A DNA stretch of 64,000 nucleotides, taken from an uncultured Acidobacteriota bacterium (GTDB lineage: Bacteria; Acidobacteriota; UBA6911). Below the pieces are notes generated by a model. The model was given only the letters and a program-made list of their open reading frames with translations, was not told where the DNA came from and did not search any database. This document shows, piece by piece, positions 1 through 8,306 of this stretch (positions are counted from its first letter, which is position 1; every line of letters begins with the position of its first letter). A program made the position numbers and the translations under genes. The DNA is taken from NCBI GenBank assembly GCA_963809485.1, contig CAWEJX010000001.1, positions 502,091 through 566,090 of the forward strand, read 5' to 3'.

Positions 1-771
1 CAGGCGCACGGGGATCCCTCGCCCCTGCAGAAACCTCTTGGCTTCCATGATCGTGTGATGGCCAAAATGGAAGATGGAAGCAGCCAGCGCCGCGCTCGCT
101 TTGCCCTCGATAAAGGCGTCGGCGATATGCTGCAGGGACCCGCACCCCCCGGAAGCAATGACGGGTATCCCAACCGCATCCGCCACCCTCCGGTTCAATA
201 GATTGTCGTAGCCCGATTGAGTGCCGTCGCAATCCATGGAAGTGAGCAGGATTTCGCCGGCACCGCGTTCCGCAGCCTCCCGCGCCCAGGCCACGGCTTC
301 CAGCGGCCGCACGATTCGCCCTCCGTGCGTGGTCACTTCCCAGCGCGGCGATTCCGGGTTCCACGGCCGCGTGCGCCTCGCGTCGATGGCCACTACGATG
401 CACTGCGATCCAAAATACCGGGAAGCTTCGGCGATGAAGCCGGGATTCCCGACAGCCGAGGTATTGAGAGACACCTTGTCGGCGCCCGATCTCAGGATGC
501 TCTGGATGTCCTCGAGGGTGCGCAGACCGCCGCCCACCGTAAAAGGAATGAAGACCGCATCGGCAACGGCGCTCACCATGCGCGTGACGATGTCTCTGCG
601 GTCGGAGGACGCCGTAATATCCAGGAAAATAAGTTCGTCGGCCCCTTCTGCATCGTATCTTGCAGCCGTTTCCACCGGGTCCCCGGCATCCCTCAGGTTG
701 ACGAAGTGCGTGCCTTTGACCACGCGCCCGTCGCGCACATCCAGGCAGGGTATGATTCTTTTCGCGAGCAT
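1..771 (-). CDS. hisF: Imidazole glycerol phosphate synthase cyclase subunit HisF (stop codon just outside the window)
   Basis: Not in the ORF track. Manual translation starts [12 protein letters not shown] at 771 and ends [30 protein letters not shown] at base 1; follows hisA. Confidence 0.95.
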   Translation of the reverse strand, partial: MLAKRIIPCLDVRDGRVVKGTHFVNLRDAGDPVETAARYDAEGADELIFLDITASSDRRDIVTRMVSAVADAVFIPFTVGGGLRTLEDIQSILRSGADKVSLNTSAVGNPGFIAEASRYFGSQCIVVAIDARRTRPWNPESPRWEVTTHGGRIVRPLEAVAWAREAAERGAGEILLTSMDCDGTQSGYDNLLNRRVADAVGIPVIASGGCGSLQHIADAFIEGKASAALAASIFHFGHHTIMEAKRFLQGRGIPVRL

Positions 772-776
772 CTCTT

Positions 777-1532
777 TTAAACCTTGGGCTCCCAGGAAAG
801 CATTTTCTTACGCAGATCGCCGAAATCAAGCTTCCTGTCGTATAGGGCCCGTCCGAGGATCACGCCCTCGATCCCGCACGTACGCCGCTCCCAGAGTTCC
901 CGGACATCCTCGATCCCGGAAACCCCGCCGCTGGCGATCACCCGCATCCCCGATTTGAGGCAGAGGTTCTCTGTTTCTTCAACATTTACCCCACGCAGCA
1001 TCCCGTCACGCGCAACATCGGTATAAATCACCCGTCGAACGCCGAGGTTTTTCATTCGCAGGGCGAGGTCCACAGCCGTTAACGCCGTCACATCGGTCCA
1101 TCCCCGCAGAGCCACTTTCCCGCTGCGCGCGTCGATTCCGACGACGATGGAGTCCGGGTGCAGCCGGACGGCTTCTTCGACGATTTCGGGATGCTCCGCC
1201 GCGACGGTCCCCAGGATAGCCCGCTCCGCTCCAAGAGCCAGGATCTCTTCAATCTGGTCCAGTGTGCGCAGCCCGCCGCCGAACTCGACCGGGATCTTCA
1301 GCGACCGGAAAATGGACTTGGCGATCTCTCGATGCGCCGTCTGCCCTGAGAAGGCTCCGTCCAGATCCACCAGATGCAGCCGCGTCGCTCCCTGTGCTTC
1401 CCAGTGAAGCGCCATCGCTATCGGGTCGTCGCTATATTCCGTCGACCGCGAGGCAATACCTTCCTGCAATCGGACGCATTTGCCTCCCTTGAGATCCACC
1501 GCGGGTATCAGTTCGAAAGCTTCTGTCATCAA
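777..1532 (-). CDS. hisA: ProFAR isomerase HisA
   Basis: [29 protein letters not shown] and TDVARDGML motifs; his operon context. Confidence 0.97.
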   Translation of the reverse strand: MMTEAFELIPAVDLKGGKCVRLQEGIASRSTEYSDDPIAMALHWEAQGATRLHLVDLDGAFSGQTAHREIAKSIFRSLKIPVEFGGGLRTLDQIEEILALGAERAILGTVAAEHPEIVEEAVRLHPDSIVVGIDARSGKVALRGWTDVTALTAVDLALRMKNLGVRRVIYTDVARDGMLRGVNVEETENLCLKSGMRVIASGGVSGIEDVRELWERRTCGIEGVILGRALYDRKLDFGDLRKKMLSWEPKV

Positions 1533-1631
1533 TCACTCCAGCGTGCTCCCCTCGATTCAACTCAGGACCGCGAAGCCAAAGCACAGTCATGCCGGCTCAT
1601 GCCCCGGGATCCTACGGGCAACCCACGGCTT

Positions 1632-2252
1632 TCATTGGATGGACAGGAAATTGCGGAGGAGGCGTCTCCCCGCTTCCTGGCTCTTCTCTGGATGAAACTG
1701 AGCCCCCCACGTTTTGTTCCGGCAGGCGATCGAGCAGAAACGATGGCCGTAGCTTGTCCAGCACAGAACGTCTTCCGGCCTCCCGGGCTCCACATAGTAG
1801 GAATGCACGAAATAAAAATAGCTCCCATCCGGTATGCCTTGGAGCAATGGATCGGGCCGGCCCTCCTCGATCTGGTTCCATCCCACATGGGGCACGCGCA
1901 ATCCCGGCTCTTCAAACCTGCGGACTCTGCCCGGGATCAAATCGAGCCCCTGATGGCTTCCGAATTCTTCGCTTTCCGTAAAAAGCAACTGGAGCCCCAG
2001 GCATAGCCCCAGCAGCGGCTTGCCCGCGTTCACCGCATCGCATATGGCGCGGTCCAGCCCGTGGTTCCTCAGATTAACCATAGCATCGCCGAACGCACCC
2101 ACGCCGGGCAGAATCAGCCGATCCGCACCGCGGATTGAATCCGGGTCCCGGTCGATAACGGGCAAGCCGCCCACCGCCGCCACAGCTTTTTCAACGCTGC
2201 GGAGGTTCCCCATTCCGTAGTCGATGATGACGGTTCGAGAAGCATCCACCAA
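1632..2252 (-). CDS. hisH: Imidazole glycerol phosphate synthase glutaminase subunit HisH
   Basis: IDYGMGNLRSV, LPGVGAF, GLCLGLQ and QFHPEKS motifs. Confidence 0.97.
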   Translation of the reverse strand: MVDASRTVIIDYGMGNLRSVEKAVAAVGGLPVIDRDPDSIRGADRLILPGVGAFGDAMVNLRNHGLDRAICDAVNAGKPLLGLCLGLQLLFTESEEFGSHQGLDLIPGRVRRFEEPGLRVPHVGWNQIEEGRPDPLLQGIPDGSYFYFVHSYYVEPGRPEDVLCWTSYGHRFCSIACRNKTWGAQFHPEKSQEAGRRLLRNFLSIQ

Positions 2253-2253
2253 G

Positions 2254-2844
2254 CTAAATCACCCCTTTGGTTGACGGCACGCCTTCGACCCGCGAGTCGA
2301 TGCGTGTCGCAAGGCTGAAAGCGCGCGCTGCGGCTTTGAATAAGGCCTCAAAAATATGATGGGTGTTCCGTCCATAGAGCAGCTCGATATGCAGGTTCAA
2401 CCGGCCGTGGGCCACAACCGCCCTCCAGAATTCCTCGATCAGCTCGGAATCCAGTTCGCCGACGCGCTCCCTCTGCGCCTTCACGTTGTAGACCAGAAAA
2501 GGCCGGCCCGAGAGATCCACCGCGACGCGGACCAGGGCTTCATCCATCGGGAAATACGCATGCGCGAACCGCGCCAGCCCCTTCTTGTCTCCAAGCGCCT
2601 TGTCCAGGGCCGAACCCAGGCAGATGCCTATGTCCTCGACCGAGTGGTGCGCGTCGATCCCAAGGTCTCCCTTGCAGCGGACATCAAGATCGAAGAGGCC
2701 GTGCTTGGCAAAAAGGCCGAGCATGTGGTCCAGGAACTGTACGCCTGTATGCACCTCGCTCCGCCCGTTTCCGTCAAGGCCCAGGGTGACGGCGATATCC
2801 GTCTCGTTTGTCTTCCGGTTTATGGTGGCTGTTCGTCCGTTCAT
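2254..2844 (-). CDS. hisB: Imidazoleglycerol-phosphate dehydratase
   Basis: RKTNETDI, FLDHML, DAHHSVED, NTHHIFE and PSTKG motifs. Confidence 0.97.
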   Translation of the reverse strand: MNGRTATINRKTNETDIAVTLGLDGNGRSEVHTGVQFLDHMLGLFAKHGLFDLDVRCKGDLGIDAHHSVEDIGICLGSALDKALGDKKGLARFAHAYFPMDEALVRVAVDLSGRPFLVYNVKAQRERVGELDSELIEEFWRAVVAHGRLNLHIELLYGRNTHHIFEALFKAAARAFSLATRIDSRVEGVPSTKGVI

Positions 2845-2877
2845 AGTGGTTCCCGAGCGCCTGCGCGCTTCCCATTC

Positions 2878-3951
2878 CTAGCCAAGGCTGGCGCGCAACG
2901 CGGAAAGTAATCGATCGTTTTCCTTCCGTGTGCCTACGCTGATACGCAGGCACTGCGAAAGCATCGGATAGGAAGAAACATCCCGTATCAGGATTCCCTG
3001 TCGGTACAGGTCATCGAAAAGAGCCCTGGGGGAGACCTGGACCTCGATGAGGAAAAAATTGGCTTCCGAGGAATACACCTTCAAGCCGGGGATGCGGCCG
3101 AGTTCTTCTCCGAGGCGCTTCCTTTCATCGAGGACCGCCTCGATCGCGGGGCGGAACCGTTCCGGGTTTTCCAGCGCCACCTCGGCCGCGGTCAGGCTGA
3201 ACTGGTTGACATTGTAGGGGAGCTTCGCCTTGGAAATCTGTTCGGCCAGATCCGCGTGGGCGAGGAGGTACCCCACCCTCAGCCCCGCCATTCCCATCGC
3301 CTTGGAGAAAGTCCGAGTGATTATAAGCCTCGGGTACTCTTTAAGCAGATTTAGGGCCGTGCGGCCGTGAAACTCGTAGTAGGCCTCGTCCAGAAGAACG
3401 TGGCCCGCGAACCGCTCCAGGATCCGCCGCAGGCCGTCCTGCGGCAGCACCGTTCCGGTCGGATTGTTGGGCGTGTTCACGATGAGGACTCGGGCGCCGG
3501 CTTCGCCGGATTTTGAGATGAGGGCGTCGACATTGTAGCTCATATCCGGATTGAGCGGGATGCCGACGACCTGGGCGCCCAGAACAGTCGAGATCAGGCT
3601 GTAGACCGTAAAGGTCGGATAGGGAATCGCCACTCGCGACCTCGGCCTGATCAGCACCATCAGCGAGGCCTGCAATAGCTCGTTGGATCCGTTGCCGACC
3701 AGGACTCCGTCCTTTTGCCAGCCGGCAAACTCCGCCAGACGCTGACGGAGCGAATCCGGAACAAAATCCGGGTAGCGCGACCACTGCCGTTCCTTATAGC
3801 GCCGGAAGGTTTCCTCCTTGAGGTCTTCCGGAAAATCGAAGGGATTCTCATTCTGGTTCAGCTTGATTTCCGCTTCGTGCGCCCGCAGCGTGTACGCCGG
3901 CACCTTCAGAACCTGAGATTTTACGCCATAGAGAGGGGAATTCCTTTTCAC
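2878..3951 (-). CDS. hisC: Histidinol-phosphate aminotransferase
   Basis: KLNQNENP, GNGSNE, PNNPTG, DEAY and RTFSKAMGMAGLRVG (PLP lysine). Confidence 0.95.
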   Translation of the reverse strand: MKRNSPLYGVKSQVLKVPAYTLRAHEAEIKLNQNENPFDFPEDLKEETFRRYKERQWSRYPDFVPDSLRQRLAEFAGWQKDGVLVGNGSNELLQASLMVLIRPRSRVAIPYPTFTVYSLISTVLGAQVVGIPLNPDMSYNVDALISKSGEAGARVLIVNTPNNPTGTVLPQDGLRRILERFAGHVLLDEAYYEFHGRTALNLLKEYPRLIITRTFSKAMGMAGLRVGYLLAHADLAEQISKAKLPYNVNQFSLTAAEVALENPERFRPAIEAVLDERKRLGEELGRIPGLKVYSSEANFFLIEVQVSPRALFDDLYRQGILIRDVSSYPMLSQCLRISVGTRKENDRLLSALRASLG

Positions 3952-5264
3952 GGCTGGACACCCCTGCGCGATCTGGATTTTGGGAATTTCTGCCGGATGC
4001 GCACCGATTGGGCATGCGCGTCCAGGCCTTCGGCGCGCGCCAGGGCGTCGATGGATTTCCAGGTACGGGACAGTTCCTCCTTCGTATAGCGGATGATGCC
4101 CGTCCTGCGCTGGAAATGGTAGACGCCAAGCGGCGAGTAGAAGCGTGCCGTCCCTCCGGTAGGAAGGACATGATTGCTGCCGGCGAAATAATCCCCGACC
4201 GCTTCCGGGGAATAGTCCCCGTAGAATATGGATCCGGCGTTCCGCACCTTATCCATGGCCGACACAGGCACGCTCGAAAAAATTTCCAGGTGTTCCGGAG
4301 CAATCTCATTGATCCAGTGGGCAGCTTCCAGATAGCTCTCCATAACGACAATTGCGCCGTAGTTTTCCAGAGATTTCTGCGCAATTTCCCTGCGCTGCAG
4401 CGATTTCAACTGCGCTTCCATTTCGCGCCGCACCATCATGGCGTGGGGAAGAGAATCCGTGAAGCAGATGGAGCAGGCCGCTTCGTCGTGCTCGGCCTGC
4501 GAAAGCATGTCGGCCGCAATGAAGCGAGGATTGGATTCGGCCGTGGCAAGGATGACCACTTCGCTGGGCCCGGCGATCATATCGATATCGACTTGCCCGA
4601 TAACCTCGCGTTTGGCTGCAGTCACGTAGGCATTGCCCGGGCCGACTATTTTGTCGACGCGGGGGATGGTTTCAGTGCCAAAAGCAAGAGCGGCTATGGC
4701 CTGGGCTCCTCCGGCCAGGTAAACCTCGGTCGCATTGAGTTCGCGCAAAGCTGCCGCAATAATGGGATGCTGCTGGAAGGTGCCCGGCGGCGTCACCACC
4801 ACGATGCGGCGGACACCGGCAATCTTGGCCGGAATTATATTCATTAATACGGTGGAAGGATAGGCTGCCTTACCCCCCGGCACGTACACTCCCACGCTAT
4901 CCAGGGGCAGTATCCTCTGTCCCAACACGACTCCTCGCTTGCTGTATTCCCAGGATTTCTGCACTTCCCTTGCATGATAGGCGTGGATGTTGAAGATAGC
5001 CTTTTCCAGGTCCCGCAGGAGATCCGGATCAGCTTTCTTTGCTTCCGCGCGAAGCATTTGCGGCCGGACTCGCATTTGCCCGGCTGTCATCTTGATCCTG
5101 TCAAACCGTTCTGTAAATTTCAGGAGAGCCTTGTCCCCTTCCCGGCGCACCTGAGAGATGATTTCCCGCACCGTGCCGGCTATTTCGCTGGACACAAGGA
5201 ATTTCCGGCTTTCCAGGCGGGAGAATAGTTTGGCTTTGTCTTTTTCTTGAAAAATCTGAATCAT
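3948..5264 (-). CDS. hisD: Histidinol dehydrogenase
   Basis: GVYVPGG, KIVGPGNAYV, DMIAGPSE, QAEHD, APEHLE and NHVLPT motifs. Start set at MIQIFQ (5264); the longer ORF-track start overlaps the upstream gene. Confidence 0.95.
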   Translation of the reverse strand: MIQIFQEKDKAKLFSRLESRKFLVSSEIAGTVREIISQVRREGDKALLKFTERFDRIKMTAGQMRVRPQMLRAEAKKADPDLLRDLEKAIFNIHAYHAREVQKSWEYSKRGVVLGQRILPLDSVGVYVPGGKAAYPSTVLMNIIPAKIAGVRRIVVVTPPGTFQQHPIIAAALRELNATEVYLAGGAQAIAALAFGTETIPRVDKIVGPGNAYVTAAKREVIGQVDIDMIAGPSEVVILATAESNPRFIAADMLSQAEHDEAACSICFTDSLPHAMMVRREMEAQLKSLQRREIAQKSLENYGAIVVMESYLEAAHWINEIAPEHLEIFSSVPVSAMDKVRNAGSIFYGDYSPEAVGDYFAGSNHVLPTGGTARFYSPLGVYHFQRRTGIIRYTKEELSRTWKSIDALARAEGLDAHAQSVRIRQKFPKSRSRRGVQP

Positions 5265-5377
5265 GCCTGAACCTTTATTATCGAATGACGAATCTCCAAT
5301 TTGGGCAATTTCCCGATGGCAACCTTCTTGCCACCACGGATCGATCTCCGGATCGGGATGACCACGGACATCCAGCC

Positions 5378-6718
5378 TCAATCAGTGATTGCTTCGTCGA
5401 TGCCTTTCCCGGACATCAAAGCCTCGATTTCAACGATTTCCTTCGGCACTTCGCCGGTGAGGATCTCATATCCGTTTTTTTTCACCAGAACGGTATCCTC
5501 GATGCGGATCCCGAGGTTTTTTCCCGGCATGTATACGCCGGGTTCTACCGTAATAACAACGCCCGGCTCGAAGGGTTGCGCTTCCCCTACATCATGGGTG
5601 GACATCCCTACGTAATGACTTACGCCGTGGGTCAGCAGATCGGCGTAACCGTGCCGGCCAAGCACTTCCCTCACCGCCTCGCCGAGAGAGGCAAAGGTTG
5701 CGCCGGGACGGATTCTTTGAAGCGCAGCCTTCTGAGCATCGAGGACAACCTGATAGATCCGGGCCTGTTCTTCACTGAACTTGCCCGAAACCGGGAAGGA
5801 TCGCGTGATATCAGACTGGTAATACCGGTAGTCCGCTCCGAAGTCCATGACCACGACATCGCCCTCCGCCATTTTGCGTCCGTTCTTATTGTAATGCAAA
5901 AGACACGAGTTGGGTCCTGAACCCACGATCGGGAAAAACGCCGGTCCCTGTGCGCCGCGCCACGAAAAAATAAACTGCGCCAAGGCCGCCAACTGAAATT
6001 CGTACATGCCCGGCCTGGCGGAGCGCATGGCTTCCTTCAAACCCTTCGCCCCGATGCGCCCGGCCTCCCGCAGGCGATCGACCTCCTGAGCATCCTTCAC
6101 ACGCCGCATTTCATCCAGGATCGGGGAAAGGTCCTTGATGCGGACCGAAGCGCCAAGCCTTGCCTGAAGGCTTTTTTCAAACGCTTCCTGCCGGCTGATT
6201 CGTCCGTCCCAGATGTCAGTCTGCCGTGCGGAGTCATGCTGCAGAGCCCTATCCCGGCTGGTTGCCGCCGTTTCCCCAGGCGAAAGGGGAGAGTATAAAA
6301 TGCGAAGCGTCTCCTTGCGTTTTTCCAGCTCATCTCCGAAACGCGACAATTCGAGAACTTCATCGATGCCGGTTTCCCTGCGTGCCTCCGGTCCGGCAAA
6401 GAAATCGGGACCCTCCCATCGCTCAGTATCACGGTTCCGGGGAGGCAGAAACAGGATGGATTGGTGTTTCCCCCCATCGATCAGCAGAAGAGCGTTGGGG
6501 GTTTCCACACCCGTGAGAAAATAAAAGCTGTTATCCTGCCGGAACGAGGCATAGGCGCGCGTATCAGGCGCTCCTGCCAGAACCGCCACGGATCCTTCGA
6601 TACGCTTCATCAGCGATTCGCGTCTCGCCGCAAAGAACGAATTATCGTCCGGGTAGACGTGGGCCGCCTGCAGGAACAGATACCCTATTATTATGGCCCT
6701 GAATGCGGCTCCCGGCAT
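5378..6718 (-). CDS. Xaa-Pro aminopeptidase (M24 family) with predicted signal peptide
   Basis: FRQDNSFYFLTG, MDFGA..YQSDITRS, HGVSHYVG..HDVG, EPGVY and GIRIED motifs; hydrophobic N-terminus. Confidence 0.9.
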   Translation of the reverse strand: MPGAAFRAIIIGYLFLQAAHVYPDDNSFFAARRESLMKRIEGSVAVLAGAPDTRAYASFRQDNSFYFLTGVETPNALLLIDGGKHQSILFLPPRNRDTERWEGPDFFAGPEARRETGIDEVLELSRFGDELEKRKETLRILYSPLSPGETAATSRDRALQHDSARQTDIWDGRISRQEAFEKSLQARLGASVRIKDLSPILDEMRRVKDAQEVDRLREAGRIGAKGLKEAMRSARPGMYEFQLAALAQFIFSWRGAQGPAFFPIVGSGPNSCLLHYNKNGRKMAEGDVVVMDFGADYRYYQSDITRSFPVSGKFSEEQARIYQVVLDAQKAALQRIRPGATFASLGEAVREVLGRHGYADLLTHGVSHYVGMSTHDVGEAQPFEPGVVITVEPGVYMPGKNLGIRIEDTVLVKKNGYEILTGEVPKEIVEIEALMSGKGIDEAITD

Positions 6719-6819
6719 TCCTTCTCCCTATGATCAAATTTTTAATAATAACATCAAGCCTGCAATGAATGCGCGCGAAAAGACAAAGCTGAGTCCATTC
6801 AGGACAGCCCGCGCCGCCT

Positions 6820-8010
6820 TTACTCTTTTCCCGACTTCTTTGCAGATACGAGTGTGGCGCGCGTAATGGCCCGATCGCCGAATCTTTGGGCAATGTCATC
6901 CAGCGCTGCTGCAAGTTTCCGGTCCTTGTGGGAAACCGGCTCGAACAGGGACATCTGCGTATCTTCGGTGCCGAACTCCAGGTTACTGGCATACACGCCG
7001 ATAAGCCGGACCAGGATGCCCTCGTGCAGGAGGGACTTCATTAGTTTTCGCGCAACGGGGCAAATTTTTTCCGATGTGTCCACGGATCCGTTTAGCGTAG
7101 TCCGCCGGGTGAAAGTTGAGAAGTCCGCTTCGCGAAACTTTATGGCGACAGTCCGCGCCCGGACCCCCTGAGCTCGAAGCCTTCGAGCCACCCTTTCGGA
7201 TAGATCCAGCAGCGTCCTGTCCAGCAGCGCCTGGTCGGCGGTGTCCGACTCGAATGTGATTTCATGCCCGATGGACTTGAATCCATCCTCGGGGACGACA
7301 TCGCGTTCATCGATCCCCCGTGAAAGCTGCCAGAGGTGGGATCCGACCTTCCCGAGCCGCGAGGACAATTCGCTCAATTCCATGTCCGCAAGCTGGCCGA
7401 TCCGTTCCAGTCCCATGTTTTTCAGGCCTGCTTCGGTTTTGGGCCCGACCCCCCACAACCGGCCTATGGGGAGTGGCGACAAAAACTCCCTCTCACTGCC
7501 GGGAGTCACGACAACCAGTCCATCCGGTTTTTTTAAATCGGAGGCTATTTTCGCGATAAATTTATTTCCCGCAACTCCGACGGATGCCGTCAATTGCAGT
7601 TCATCCCTAATCCTGGACTTGATTCTTTGTGCAATCTCCGGCCCTGCACCAAACAGCTTTGCGCTCCCGGTAACATCCATGAAGGCTTCATCAATGCTTA
7701 CCTGTTCCAGCATGTCTGTAAAATCAAGCAGAATGCTCATGACGCATGAGGAAGCGCGGGCGTATTTTCCCATGTCGGGCCGCACATAAATGCCCTGCGG
7801 ACACAGTTTCCAGGCCCGCGATATGGGCTGTGCGGAATGGACGCCGAACTTCCGCGCCTCATAGGAGCAGGTCGCCACGATTCCGCGACCTTTGCCTTGC
7901 CTGGGATCCGAGCCTACAATAACCGGCTTACCCCTGAGTTCGGCATGATCCCTCTGCTCCACTGCCGCATAGAAGGCATCCATGTCGACGTGCAGAATCG
8001 TCCGGCCCAC
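6820..8010 (-). CDS. dinB: DNA polymerase IV (catalytic residues intact)
   Basis: HVDMDAFYAAVE, SYEARKFG, SIDEAF and KPDG motifs; clamp-binding QMSLF near the C-terminus. Confidence 0.96.
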   Translation of the reverse strand: MGRTILHVDMDAFYAAVEQRDHAELRGKPVIVGSDPRQGKGRGIVATCSYEARKFGVHSAQPISRAWKLCPQGIYVRPDMGKYARASSCVMSILLDFTDMLEQVSIDEAFMDVTGSAKLFGAGPEIAQRIKSRIRDELQLTASVGVAGNKFIAKIASDLKKPDGLVVVTPGSEREFLSPLPIGRLWGVGPKTEAGLKNMGLERIGQLADMELSELSSRLGKVGSHLWQLSRGIDERDVVPEDGFKSIGHEITFESDTADQALLDRTLLDLSERVARRLRAQGVRARTVAIKFREADFSTFTRRTTLNGSVDTSEKICPVARKLMKSLLHEGILVRLIGVYASNLEFGTEDTQMSLFEPVSHKDRKLAAALDDIAQRFGDRAITRATLVSAKKSGKE

Positions 8011-8025
8011 CGCAGCCCCCAGACA

Positions 8026-8240
8026 GATTTACGATTTACGATTTACGATTGACGAATTAAAACATACCACGAGGACGGCCATTCTACAGGAATGGATCGA
8101 CGCTCTGAATGGATTAGGGATTGGCGGAAATAGACTCACGGTTCCGTTCCGCCCATGGAAATGAGGCACCCGGCTGATTTTGAAGACCGACCGGAAAATT
8201 CTGTTTCAAATCGTAAATCGAAAATCGTCAATCGTAAATT
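8026..8240. repeat. Inverted pair of tandem heptamer arrays, (GATTTAC)n ... (GTAAATC)n
   Basis: Left arm 8026-8058 GATTTAC x3, GATTGAC, GAATT. Right arm 8208-8240 AAATC GTAAATC GAAAATC GTCAATC GTAAATT. Confidence 0.9.
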
Positions 8241-8251
8241 TCCAGGGCTTC

Positions 8252-8288
8252 TGCTATCATCATTAGTTTTGATTGAAATCAGCTTTCA
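8252..8288 (+). promoter_or_regulatory. Candidate extended -10 promoter and Fur/DtxR-like operator upstream of feoB
   Basis: TGnTATCAT at 8252-8260; palindrome TGAAA-N5-TTTCA at 8274-8288, ending 18 nt before the feoB ATG. Confidence 0.45.
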
Positions 8289-8306
8289 GGAAGGCTCAAT
8301 TCAGGC

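Noticed and set aside
217-958. Plus-strand ORFs of 187 and 245 aa, and the many similar antisense ORFs throughout the track
   Set aside because: They are shadows of well-supported genes on the opposite strand in GC-rich DNA and carry no recognisable motifs.
5265-5381. N-terminal extension of hisD, and a CGAATGACGAAT fragment near 5282
   Set aside because: The extension overlaps the upstream gene and lacks homology. The repeat fragment is under two units with no partner arm.
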